This document shows, in pieces, positions 8,988 to 18,196 of a stretch of DNA of 64,000 nucleotides (positions are counted from its first letter, which is position 1; every line of letters starts with the position of its first letter). Under the pieces are notes generated by a model that was not told where the DNA came from, searched no databases, and saw only the letters and a list, made by a program, of their open reading frames with translations. A program made the translations under genes and the position numbers. The stretch lies in assembly GCA_041672845.1 (NCBI GenBank), contig JBAYYV010000003.1, positions 38,506 through 102,505 on the forward strand, given 5' to 3'. This stretch comes from Bacteroidales bacterium (lineage in GTDB: Bacteria > Bacteroidota > Bacteroidia > Bacteroidales > UBA932).

Positions 8988-10142
8988 ATGAGGGAAAATA
9001 AACTTAATATATTACATATATTTTTAGATGATTCTTTTCTCGATGGAGTTATAAATGTATTTGAACGCTATGAAAGAACACACAATATCTATTTATATTA
9101 TTCAAAAAATAAAAATTGTAAGTTCTCTCATACTAAAAATGTAGAGAAAATAACAGTTGTATATTCTAAAAAAGAATATTATAAATATTTGTCATCTAAA
9201 GATATAGATGTTATATATTTTCAAGCTATATTTCCTATTCAGTATCATTTATTTAAATATATAGATGATAAGAAAATAGTAATTTGGTGGGCATGGGGAT
9301 CAGATTTATATAATCCGTCATTTACCATGCCTGCTATTTGTTATTATCCTCAATATAAGCCTTTAACTAAAGGATTTATACGAAAAAATCCTCGAAATAT
9401 TATTCAAAAAATTACTATCCCGTTACTTAGTATATTTTTCAAACCACGTCAGAAAAAGGTAGTTTCTAGAGTAGATTATTGCAAAAATGTTCTTCCTATA
9501 GAATATGACTTATTAAAAGAAAATGTTAAATATTTTAGAGCTAAACCTTTAAAATACTATATGCCTTTATCTGGATCTTTAATAGATCATTCAAGTGATG
9601 GTGATATATTATTAGGAAATTCTTCTACTGCTTCTAATAATCATTTAGATGTATTAAACCTATTATCTAAGAAAGGAGTTATTAATAAAATATTGATGCC
9701 TCTTAATTATGGAAAGATGAATTATAGATTTTATATAGAGAAGTATTTCCCTATTAATCTAAATATAAATACTCTTAAAACTAGACTTCCTTTTATTGAA
9801 TATCAAACATTGATAAATAAATGTTCTTATGCTATATTTGGGCATATAAGACAGCAAGCAGTAGGCAATATACATATGTGTTTCACTGCTGGTATAAAAA
9901 TGTTTTTCTATAAAGACAGTATGGTTTTTAAACAGTTTAAACCATTAGGATTCATTATATATTCTATAGAAGATGATTTAAATTTAGAAGAACTCAGTAT
10001 CCCCTTAACTAAAGAACAATCTCTAAAAAATAAGAAATTATTTGCTGATATGACTTCTGGAAATTTAGAAACATCTAGAAAACAAATTGATTCTGTAATA
10101 GATGAATTGATATCAGAACGAAATTTAAGGATAAAAAAATAG
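8988..10142 (+). CDS. Glycosyltransferase family 56, WecF-like (TDP-Fuc4NAc:lipid II transferase homolog)
   Basis: Segments align with E. coli WecF as I recall it: WWAWGSDLY (WHIWGADLY), ILLGNSSTASNNHLDVL (ILVGNSGDRSNEHIAAL), PLNYG...YIEK, and FGHIRQQAVGNIHMCFTAGI (FARQQGIGTLCLLIQAGI). The gene is very AT-rich. Confidence 0.65.
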   Translation: MRENKLNILHIFLDDSFLDGVINVFERYERTHNIYLYYSKNKNCKFSHTKNVEKITVVYSKKEYYKYLSSKDIDVIYFQAIFPIQYHLFKYIDDKKIVIWWAWGSDLYNPSFTMPAICYYPQYKPLTKGFIRKNPRNIIQKITIPLLSIFFKPRQKKVVSRVDYCKNVLPIEYDLLKENVKYFRAKPLKYYMPLSGSLIDHSSDGDILLGNSSTASNNHLDVLNLLSKKGVINKILMPLNYGKMNYRFYIEKYFPINLNINTLKTRLPFIEYQTLINKCSYAIFGHIRQQAVGNIHMCFTAGIKMFFYKDSMVFKQFKPLGFIIYSIEDDLNLEELSIPLTKEQSLKNKKLFADMTSGNLETSRKQIDSVIDELISERNLRIKK

Positions 10143-10185
10143 AGAAATAATTAATTATTTCTCTATTTTTTTATCCTTAAATTTC
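10120..10185. terminator. Perfect 66-bp palindrome (33-bp arms), a probable bidirectional terminator
   Basis: GAAATTTAAGGATAAAAAAATAGAGAAATAATT at 10120-10152 is the exact reverse complement of 10153-10185. The left arm encodes the last 7 codons and the stop of the GT56 gene. The right arm ends 10 nt before the stop of the convergent LruC gene. Confidence 0.6.
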
Positions 10186-10195
10186 TAATTCAATA

Positions 10196-11161
10196 TTACT
10201 TATAATCCCAAAGGTCAATGTCATTATATCGAACTTTATAAGTATAGTCTGAATTTTTATTTTTAAAGAAATCATTAGTATTACCATCTTTTACCCATTC
10301 CTTAAAATTAGGATAAGCAGCAGTAATAGAATCTTTTTCTATAGGGTAATCAAACTTTTTAGTAAAGGAAATGCCATAAGGTAACCCATTATGTCCTATT
10401 ACATTAGCTATATCTGTATTAATATCGTTAGTGGCAGCATAATATCTAATGTGATCAGCTTCTATAAACCACATCACTTTTAATGCAACTGATTGGTTTA
10501 AAACTAAAGGAGTCATAGGATGTAGTGTTGGATAATGAGTTCTATTAGGTTCAGTATAATCTCTTGTATTAATTGGAAAAGCCCCATTATGATTAAAGAA
10601 ATCTCTTCTACAGTTATCAGATAATATAGCATCTTTAATAATACCATTCTCTTTATAAGATATTCCAAGAGTAATATTCAAGAAAGCTCCTAAAGCTACT
10701 CCTTGTACATAAATATATGTAGTAGTATAACCTGGTGCGTAAATGGAGTTTTTGTGATTAACACTATTTGTCACTTTAGCATGAATTACTAAGTCATTAT
10801 AATCAAGATCACCATTTTCAGTATCTTCAAAAGCCACGAATTGCCAATAACTAGAACTAGCTATTTTATCATAAGCATCTGAAAAAGTAATAACTAAATC
10901 ACTATCTTCACCAGCTTTAGTGCTGGATACGGCTTCTTTAGGTAACCAAATATCTATAGGTTCCGTAGTGACAGCTAAAGTTTCACCTAGGTAAGTAACT
11001 ATAGTAGTAGAATTAGTTTTAGTAGTTACATGATATTTAGCAAGAGATTCTATATTATCTAAATTTGTATTAAATTCAGTTTGTATTTGATTAGGATTCT
11101 TAATGCACCCAGTAATAGAGACCATCCCTACAAATACTAATATTATTTTATATAATTTCAT
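10196..11161 (-). CDS. LruC-domain (DUF4842-like) lipoprotein
   Basis: Lipobox SITGCIK and the characteristic FEDTENGDLDYNDLVIH motif. Confidence 0.6.
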   Translation of the reverse strand: MKLYKIILVFVGMVSITGCIKNPNQIQTEFNTNLDNIESLAKYHVTTKTNSTTIVTYLGETLAVTTEPIDIWLPKEAVSSTKAGEDSDLVITFSDAYDKIASSSYWQFVAFEDTENGDLDYNDLVIHAKVTNSVNHKNSIYAPGYTTTYIYVQGVALGAFLNITLGISYKENGIIKDAILSDNCRRDFFNHNGAFPINTRDYTEPNRTHYPTLHPMTPLVLNQSVALKVMWFIEADHIRYYAATNDINTDIANVIGHNGLPYGISFTKKFDYPIEKDSITAAYPNFKEWVKDGNTNDFFKNKNSDYTYKVRYNDIDLWDYK

Positions 11162-11203
11162 TAGTTTATATTTTTAGTTTATATTTTATTCTTAATAATA
11201 AAT

Positions 11204-11518
11204 AAGGTTAAACGATAAGCCGAGTTCTGTATCGATAATCGATCTCTATCATTTATCTAAGCAACCTACCCCCCGATATCGAACGAGCCATTCTTAATTG
11301 TCGGTATATTTGGTCTTGCAGGAGAAAGATTTGTGCTATATTATTATCGCTAATAATATCTGTAAGCTCTTACCTTGCATTTTCACCCTTACCTTTACGG
11401 CGGTTATTTTCTGTCACAAGATTCATAAATTTTCATCTATCTGTGATTTCCACAGTTCCTTGCTCTTACCTGCCCGGACTTTCCTCTGTATTACTACAGC
11501 GATAGAGTGTTTAACCTT
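11204..11518 (-). ncRNA. rnpB: RNase P RNA (bacterial type A), compact at about 315 nt
   Basis: The reverse complement contains CAGAGGAAAGUCCGGGCAGG (P4 5' strand), GUAAGGGUGAAAA, GGGUAGGUUGCUUAGAUAAAUGA and ACAGAACUCGGCUUAUCG (P4 3' strand). A P1 helix forms between AAGGUUAAAC (5' end) and GUUUAACCUU (3' end). Confidence 0.9.
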
Positions 11519-11557
11519 ATTTATAATTTATATATATAAATGTATATAAATATTTTA

Positions 11558-11565
11558 CAAATATA
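11558..11565 (-). promoter_or_regulatory. Possible -7 box (TATATTTG on minus strand) for rnpB
   Basis: The plus strand reads CAAATATA, about 40 nt upstream of the predicted P1 5' end. Confidence 0.3.
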
Positions 11566-11716
11566 ATGTATTTTTTAATTTATTATCATAAATATAACAA
11601 AATTACCCATCTTATATAATTAAAAATTGTGTATTTTATAATGTTAAGAGAAAATGAAATTTTATTTTTTTTAATTAAAATTAATGTAAAAATTTTGTGG
11701 GTAAATAAATTTGGTC

Positions 11717-11724
11717 TAACTTTG
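11717..11724 (+). promoter_or_regulatory. -7 promoter box (TAACTTTG) for pyrG
   Basis: Matches TAnnTTTG, 36 nt upstream of the ATG at 11760. Confidence 0.45.
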
Positions 11725-11759
11725 ATACCCCGTAAAGAACAAAGAAAAAAATCAATATT

Positions 11760-13388
11760 ATGTCTACAAAATATGTCTTCGTTACGGGTGGTGTCACTTC
11801 TTCCTTAGGAAAAGGGATCATAGCTGCTTCTTTAGCTAAACTCCTTCAAGCCAGAAAATTACGAGTAACTATTCAGAAATTTGACCCTTATCTTAATGTA
11901 GATCCAGGAACTTTAAATCCGTATGAACATGGAGAATGTTTTGTTACCGATGATGGTGCTGAGACTGATCTTGACTTAGGACATTATGAGAGATTTTTAG
12001 GTGTTCATACCTCTCAAGCTAATAATGTTACTACAGGGAGAATATATCAAACAGTGATAGATAAAGAAAGACAAGGTGCTTTTTTAGGCAAAACTGTACA
12101 GGTTATTCCTCATATAACTGATGAAATCAAGCGTAGAATGCTTATACTTGGTAAATCGGGTAATTATGATGTAATTATCACTGAACTAGGAGGAACAGTC
12201 GGAGATATCGAATCTTTACCATTTATTGAAGCTGTAAGACAGCTAAAATGGAATATGCCAGATCATGACTGTATAGTCGTTCATTTAACATTGGTGCCAT
12301 ATCTTTCTGCTGCTAAAGAATTAAAAACTAAACCGACCCAACATTCTGTTAAAGAATTACAACAGAATGGGCTTCATCCAGACATTATAGTTTGTAGAAC
12401 CGAACACCGTATGCCTCAAGCACTGAAGAGAAAAATAGCTCTTTTCTGTAATGTAAGAGAAAATGCTGTAATAGAATCACCAGATGCTAAAACTATTTAT
12501 GAAGTTCCTTTAATTTTGAGAGAACAAAAATTTGACCAGATAGTTATAGAAAAATTAGAATTAGGTGATTTGCCAGAACCGGATCTTACTAAATGGGAAT
12601 CTTTCATAGATAAATTCTATCATCCTAAAGGTGAAGTTAAAATAGCATTAGTAGGGAAATATGTTGAATTACAAGATGCTTATAAATCTATTCTTGAATC
12701 ATTTATTCATGCAGGAGCTGCTAATAATGTGAAAGTTCAAGTAGTTCCGATGTCTAGTGAAAAAATAAACGATAGTAACTGTGAAGATCTGTTAAAGGAT
12801 ATGCAAGGAGTTCTTGTAGCTCCTGGTTTCGGTGAAAGAGGGTTGAAAGGGAAAATTATTGCTATCAAATATGTTAGAGAAAATGGAATTCCATTCTTCG
12901 GTATTTGTTTAGGTATGCAAATGGCTGTGATAGAATATGCTAGAGATATTATGGGCCTTAAAAATGCTACTAGTACAGAGGTAGAAGAAGATGCTGAAAT
13001 TCCCATCATAGATTTAATGGAAGATCAGAAAACGACTACGATAAAAGGTGGAACCATGCGTTTAGGAGCTTATAATTGTGAGATAGATAAAGGTTCACTT
13101 GCATATGATATTTATAAGACTACTATGATTAAAGAACGTCATAGACATCGTTATGAAATGAATAGCAAATATATAAATGCTTTAAATGAAGCAGGTATGC
13201 ACACTACTGGTCGTAATCCTGAAACTGGATTAGTAGAAATCGTAGAACTTCCTACTCATCCATTCTTTATAGGAGTACAGTTCCATCCAGAACTTATGAG
13301 TACTGTGGAAAAGCCACAGCCTATATTCAAAGCATTTGTAAAAGCTGCTATGGATTATAAAACTAAGCATACTGATCAAAAGAAATAA
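11760..13388 (+). CDS. pyrG: CTP synthase
   Basis: N-terminal VTGGVTSSLGKGI, a GATase domain with GICLGMQ and the HRHRYE motif; 542 aa. Confidence 0.95.
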   Translation: MSTKYVFVTGGVTSSLGKGIIAASLAKLLQARKLRVTIQKFDPYLNVDPGTLNPYEHGECFVTDDGAETDLDLGHYERFLGVHTSQANNVTTGRIYQTVIDKERQGAFLGKTVQVIPHITDEIKRRMLILGKSGNYDVIITELGGTVGDIESLPFIEAVRQLKWNMPDHDCIVVHLTLVPYLSAAKELKTKPTQHSVKELQQNGLHPDIIVCRTEHRMPQALKRKIALFCNVRENAVIESPDAKTIYEVPLILREQKFDQIVIEKLELGDLPEPDLTKWESFIDKFYHPKGEVKIALVGKYVELQDAYKSILESFIHAGAANNVKVQVVPMSSEKINDSNCEDLLKDMQGVLVAPGFGERGLKGKIIAIKYVRENGIPFFGICLGMQMAVIEYARDIMGLKNATSTEVEEDAEIPIIDLMEDQKTTTIKGGTMRLGAYNCEIDKGSLAYDIYKTTMIKERHRHRYEMNSKYINALNEAGMHTTGRNPETGLVEIVELPTHPFFIGVQFHPELMSTVEKPQPIFKAFVKAAMDYKTKHTDQKK

Positions 13389-13390
13389 TA

Positions 13391-14224
13391 GTGACTAGAA
13401 GAAATATAATTATCATAAAAGTTGTTTTTACTATTTTAACTTTAGTTATCGTTGGTACTTTTACTGACGATAATAGTTTAATGGCTGAAAATCATAAAGT
13501 TTTAAGCAATATGACTGTTGGGCAGAAACTAATAGAGTATAAATTAAAGGTGGAAAAAGTTTATAATCATAATCGTACGGCTTATACTCAAGGGTTGTTT
13601 TTTAATCAGGGAGTATTATATGAAAGTACTGGTCAGTATGGAGAATCATCTTTTAGAAAAGTGGATCTGGAAACAGGGAAAGTTTTAAATTTTAAAAGTT
13701 TTGACTCTAAATATTTCTTGGAAGGTTCGTGTGTTATGGATGGAAGATTATATATATTGACCTGGAGAGCAGGATTAGTTTTTGTGTATGATTTAGACTC
13801 TATGAATTTATTAGGTCAGCTTCCGAATCAGAAAGAAGGTTGGGGACTTACGACAGATGGAAAACAACTTATTACTTCTAACGGTACAGATAAAATTTAT
13901 TTCGTAGATCCTATGAGTTTTATTTCAAAAAGAGAAATAAAGGTAAGCATGAATGGAAAGCCTGTTTCTTATCTAAATGAATTGGAATATATAGATGGAA
14001 AAATATGGGCAAATGTATATTTACAAGATTATATTGTAGTTATAAATCCTTATACAGGAATAGTAGAAGCAAAAGTAGACTGTCGTAACTTGTTGCCTGA
14101 TAGTCTTAAAAATTCTTATACAGATGTTCTTAATGGAATAGCTTGGGATTCTCAAACAGGATGTCTATATTTGTCAGGTAAATATTGGCCAAGATTATAT
14201 AAAGTTTCTTTAATTAGAAAGTAA
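13391..14224 (+). CDS. Glutaminyl-peptide cyclotransferase (beta-propeller, plant/bacterial type)
   Basis: AYTQGLFF..GVLYESTGQYGESSFRKVDLETGKV, NELEYIDGKIWANV and a signal anchor. It has a GTG start at 13391, and later in-frame ATGs are possible starts. Confidence 0.75.
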   Translation: MTRRNIIIIKVVFTILTLVIVGTFTDDNSLMAENHKVLSNMTVGQKLIEYKLKVEKVYNHNRTAYTQGLFFNQGVLYESTGQYGESSFRKVDLETGKVLNFKSFDSKYFLEGSCVMDGRLYILTWRAGLVFVYDLDSMNLLGQLPNQKEGWGLTTDGKQLITSNGTDKIYFVDPMSFISKREIKVSMNGKPVSYLNELEYIDGKIWANVYLQDYIVVINPYTGIVEAKVDCRNLLPDSLKNSYTDVLNGIAWDSQTGCLYLSGKYWPRLYKVSLIRK

Positions 14225-14244
14225 TCGATATTTTATTTATTAAC

Positions 14245-14335
14245 ATTGCCTATAAGGCAAGGGGGTGCTCGAAAGGGCTGAGATTATACCCGTATTACCT
14301 GAAACAGATAATGCTGTCGTAGGAATCGTGTTTTC
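14245..14335 (+). promoter_or_regulatory. TPP (THI-box) riboswitch
   Basis: GGGGGUGCUCGAAAGGGCUGAGAUUAUACCCGUAUUACCUGAAACAGAUAAUGCUGUCGUAGGAAUCG matches the THI element core (GGGGUGC, GCUGAGA, ACCC, ACCUGA, AUAAUGC, AGGAA). It lies directly upstream of a TonB receptor gene. Confidence 0.9.
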
Positions 14336-14370
14336 TCAACTATACATCCCCGCTTAAAAAACATTTTATT

Positions 14371-16593
14371 ATGAAAAGATTGTTTTTGTTTTGCGGGTTA
14401 TTTTTTTTACCGCTATTCTCATTTGCACAGAAATATAGTTATGATGTAGACACATTAGCTATCCCAGAAATTTTAGACTCAGTAGTCATATCCGCAAATA
14501 TGGTTACTTCTAAAACTCCTGTTTCTTATTCTTCTGTTAACCACCAACAAATTAAAAGTTCTGAACCAGGTGCTTCAGTTCCATTGATTTTAAAATTACA
14601 GCCTTCAGTTATTTCCATTTCGGAAGCTGGTGCTGTAATAGGTAATACTAAAATATCTGTTAGAGGTAGTAATGCTTCTCGTATTAATATTACTTTAGAT
14701 GGTATTCCTCTGAATGATGCTGAATCTCAAGAAGTATTTTGGGCTAATATTCCATCTATGGGAGGTTTTCTTCAGAATATTCAGATACAGAGAGGGGTAG
14801 GCACGTCAGTTAATGGGCCTGCTGCTTTCGGAGCAAGTATAAATATGTCTTCTAAAGGTATTGCTAACAAGGCTTACGCCCATACTGAATTAGGATATGG
14901 ATCATTTAATACTTGGACAACAGGTCTAGGTGTTGGAACTGGTATTATGAAAAACGGGATGTTTGCAGATCTTAAATATGCTTACAACACTACAGACGGA
15001 TATATAAGAAATGGTAAAGCTCATTCAAATTCTCTTTTTGCATCTTTGGGATGGATAGGGGAAAAAGATATTATTAAATTTCATTATATCCTAGGTGATC
15101 AACATACTGGTATTTGCTGGGAAGGTATTACTCGAGAACAAATGAAAAATGATAGAACATATAATCCTGCAGGAGAATATGTAGATGATCAAGGTAATAC
15201 CAAATATTATGATAATGAAACTGATAATTATACTCAACATTTTTTTCAATTATTTTATTCTCATCAGTTTTCTGAAAATTTGTATTGGATAAATGCTTTT
15301 AACTTCACTAAAGGTGATGGTTATTATGAAAATTATAAAGCCAATAAAACATATTCAAAATATAAGTTGGATCCTCAAACTATCGATGGTTCTGAGTATT
15401 TAAAATCTGATTTCATAGTAAGAAAACAAATGGATAACGGTTTCTATTATGGTACTAGTACTTTAAAATATATAACGAGGAATATTAATGCTCAGGCTGG
15501 TATATCTTACTCTTATTATGATGGCGATCACTTTGGAAATGTTCTTTGGACTAAGTATAATCAAAATGTTCAAGAGAATTACGAATGGTATAGAAATAAT
15601 GGTTTAAAGAAAGATTATTCAATGTTTGCAAGAACTGAATATTATCTAAATGATTTGACTTTATTTGCTGATATGCAATATAGAGGAATTAATTATGATT
15701 TGAAAGGTCCTGATAAAGATCAAGCAGATTTGAAATATAGTACTAAATATAACTTTTTTAATCCAAAAGCAGGGTTAGCATATTCTATTGATGAACAAAA
15801 CCATTTTTATGGATCGGTAGCTGTGGGACATAAAGAGCCTACTAGAGATGATTTGAAAGAAGCTATTAAAGCAGGTAAAGGTGATGATTGCAAAGCTGAA
15901 CAATTAGTAGATTATGAATTGGGTTATAAATTTGCTGCTCCTAAATTTGCCTTGGGTTTAAATCTATATTACATGAATTATAAAGATCAATTAGTAGCTA
16001 CAGGACGTCTTTCTGAATCAGGGTATGTGATTAAAGAAAATATTCCTAATTCTTATCGCAGAGGTATTGAAATTACTGCCGGGTGGCAATGCTTGAGGAA
16101 ACTTAGAGTAGACGGTAATCTGACTTTAAGTCAAAACAAAATAACTGATTTTACGAATTATGTAGATGCTTTCGATGCTAATTGGAATAAACTTCCTCAG
16201 GTAAAAGAAACATATGAAAATACAGATTTGGTGATGTCTCCATCTGTGATAGGTATGGCTATGGTTACATATGATGCTTTCAGAAATTTTAGTGTATCAG
16301 TTAATGGCAAATATGTAGGTAAACAATATTATGACAACACTTCATCTGATGATCGTTCTATTCCAGAATATTTTACATTAGGAGCAACTGCTTCATTTAA
16401 GATCCCATTGAAAAAAGGTGTTCTACTACTTTCAGCATATGCAGATAATATTTTAAATAAGAAATATTTTAATAATGCTTGGGTATATAGAGCATTTATC
16501 GGTGAAAACGAAACTTATGTAGGTGATGGTTTTGAAGGATTATATCCTCAAGCTCCCATCAGTTGTATGTTTAAAGTATCTTACGAATTTTAA
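14371..16593 (+). CDS. TonB-dependent outer-membrane receptor, thiamine-riboswitch controlled (OMthi-like)
   Basis: Signal peptide, plug-domain motifs (ISVRGS..RINITLDGIPLNDAESQ, IQIQRGVGTS), a long beta-barrel and a C-terminal aromatic residue (KVSYEF). Confidence 0.85.
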   Translation: MKRLFLFCGLFFLPLFSFAQKYSYDVDTLAIPEILDSVVISANMVTSKTPVSYSSVNHQQIKSSEPGASVPLILKLQPSVISISEAGAVIGNTKISVRGSNASRINITLDGIPLNDAESQEVFWANIPSMGGFLQNIQIQRGVGTSVNGPAAFGASINMSSKGIANKAYAHTELGYGSFNTWTTGLGVGTGIMKNGMFADLKYAYNTTDGYIRNGKAHSNSLFASLGWIGEKDIIKFHYILGDQHTGICWEGITREQMKNDRTYNPAGEYVDDQGNTKYYDNETDNYTQHFFQLFYSHQFSENLYWINAFNFTKGDGYYENYKANKTYSKYKLDPQTIDGSEYLKSDFIVRKQMDNGFYYGTSTLKYITRNINAQAGISYSYYDGDHFGNVLWTKYNQNVQENYEWYRNNGLKKDYSMFARTEYYLNDLTLFADMQYRGINYDLKGPDKDQADLKYSTKYNFFNPKAGLAYSIDEQNHFYGSVAVGHKEPTRDDLKEAIKAGKGDDCKAEQLVDYELGYKFAAPKFALGLNLYYMNYKDQLVATGRLSESGYVIKENIPNSYRRGIEITAGWQCLRKLRVDGNLTLSQNKITDFTNYVDAFDANWNKLPQVKETYENTDLVMSPSVIGMAMVTYDAFRNFSVSVNGKYVGKQYYDNTSSDDRSIPEYFTLGATASFKIPLKKGVLLLSAYADNILNKKYFNNAWVYRAFIGENETYVGDGFEGLYPQAPISCMFKVSYEF

Positions 16594-16594
16594 T

Positions 16595-17200
16595 ATGATA
16601 GGAAATTTAGATAATTGGATTCTAATAGAGCAAATAGTAGATTACTCAGCTATGGTTTTAGGTATTCTATATTTGATACTTGAGATATGTAAGAAAAAAT
16701 CTATGTGGATAGTGGGATTTATCCTTTCAGCAGCTTATATAATAATATCGGCAAGAGAAAGGCTATTGGCTAATGCAGGTTTGCAAACATATTATCTTAT
16801 TATGTGTGTTTATGGCTGGTATCAGTGGAGAAAAGATGAAGACCTTGAAAATACTAGTTCCAAGATTTCTATCCGAAAAATGCCTCGGACTACTTTAATT
16901 TATTCGATATTGATATTCATAGTATTATCTATTTTTAGCTATTTCGTGTTGTCTTATTGGACTACTGATTCTCAGCCTATATTGGATAGTGTTATTACCT
17001 CATTGAGTATAGTAGGTACTTATTGGATAACTAAGTCATATATAGAACAATGGATAGTGTGGATGATAGTGAATCCCTTGTATATTTGGATGTATTTTGC
17101 ACAAGGAGTAAAAGGTTTAGGAATTCTTTATTGTTTCTATGTTTTATCTGCTGTGTATGGATATTATTATTGGAAAAAGAAAGGAGTGTTAATAAAATGA
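16595..17200 (+). CDS. pnuT: PnuC-family transporter (PnuT-like thiamine transporter)
   Basis: About 200 aa with 7 hydrophobic helices and Trp-rich PnuC-type motifs (YGWYQW, WIVWMIVNPLYIWMY). The start is set at ATG 16595, immediately after the receptor stop (ORF track 16523 overlaps). It shares the TPP-riboswitch operon. Confidence 0.75.
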   Translation: MIGNLDNWILIEQIVDYSAMVLGILYLILEICKKKSMWIVGFILSAAYIIISARERLLANAGLQTYYLIMCVYGWYQWRKDEDLENTSSKISIRKMPRTTLIYSILIFIVLSIFSYFVLSYWTTDSQPILDSVITSLSIVGTYWITKSYIEQWIVWMIVNPLYIWMYFAQGVKGLGILYCFYVLSAVYGYYYWKKKGVLIK

Positions 17201-17248
17201 TTAATTTTGTCTATATAATAGATAAAAATCTATATAATAGATGAAATT

Positions 17249-18127
17249 ATGATATTAATAGCTGAAAGTGGATCTACTAATATAGAGTGGAGACTTATAT
17301 ATAATAACGGGGTGATTTCTAACTTTTCAGGAGTAGGAATCAATCCCGTTCATATGTCTATAAAAAATATAGATTTAGTGTTGGCAGCTACTTTTTCTGA
17401 ATGGTATAAGATATTAAAAAGTGATAACATATTAGATTTTAAGAATGATAAAGAGCTAGAATTATATTATTATGGAGCAGGAGTTTTATCTGAAGAATAT
17501 TCTTTAAAACTGGCATCTGCATTTATAAAATATATTCCAAATGCTATTTGTCATTTCGAATCAGATATATTGGCGGCAGCCAGAGCTTTATGTAAAAATG
17601 AAAAAGGAATAGTCGGTATTTTAGGTACAGGTTCTAATAGTTGTTTTTATGATGGTCAGAAGATAACTGATACTATAGCATCGGGTGGTTATATACTTGG
17701 AGATGAAGGTAGTGGTGCTTATATGGGGAAAAAATTAATTTCAGATTATATTAAAAATCTGATGCCTTCTGATTTAAGAAAAATATTTCAAGATCGTTAT
17801 GCTTTACAGTATTCTAGTATTGTAAAAAAAATATATCATAGCGATTCACCTTCTGCTTTTTTAGCTTCTTTTTCTAAATTTATTTATGAATTTAGAAAAA
17901 TAGAATATATGTCAAATTTAATTCATGATTCCTTATCAGCTTACTTTATTAGAAATATTACTAGTCTAGATTATAAAAATTTCGATGTGAACTTAACTGG
18001 TTCGATTGCTTGGTATTATAAAGATTATATTAAGATAATAGCTAAAGAATCAGGAATCAAGATCGGACGAATACTTCAGCTGCCAATAGATGAATTAGTA
18101 GAATATCATATAGAGAAACTCATATAG
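17249..18127 (+). CDS. BadF/BadG/BcrA/BcrD-type ATPase (N-acetylglucosamine-kinase-like)
   Basis: N-terminal AESGSTN phosphate-1 motif, GILGTGSNS and GGYILGDEGSGAY, consistent with the ASKHA sugar-kinase fold. Confidence 0.7.
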   Translation: MILIAESGSTNIEWRLIYNNGVISNFSGVGINPVHMSIKNIDLVLAATFSEWYKILKSDNILDFKNDKELELYYYGAGVLSEEYSLKLASAFIKYIPNAICHFESDILAAARALCKNEKGIVGILGTGSNSCFYDGQKITDTIASGGYILGDEGSGAYMGKKLISDYIKNLMPSDLRKIFQDRYALQYSSIVKKIYHSDSPSAFLASFSKFIYEFRKIEYMSNLIHDSLSAYFIRNITSLDYKNFDVNLTGSIAWYYKDYIKIIAKESGIKIGRILQLPIDELVEYHIEKLI

Positions 18128-18134
18128 AGAAACT
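18107..18134 (+). repeat. Perfect 14-bp tandem duplication (CATATAGAGAAACT x2) spanning the stop codon of the kinase-like gene
   Basis: Read directly from the sequence. The second copy supplies the TAG stop, and without the duplication the ORF would end ...HIEKLK*. Confidence 0.9.
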
Positions 18135-18196
18135 CAAATAAAATCAGAAAATAGGATTAATAAATACGATATAATAAAGAAGATTAATAATTAGAT

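Noticed and set aside
11298-11549. 83-aa plus-strand ORF from the ORF track
   Set aside because: It lies antisense to, and almost entirely inside, the RNase P RNA gene. It has no protein-like features.
17050-17244. 64-aa ORF overlapping the 3' end of the PnuT-like gene
   Set aside because: It is an alternative frame of a membrane-protein gene, with no independent support.
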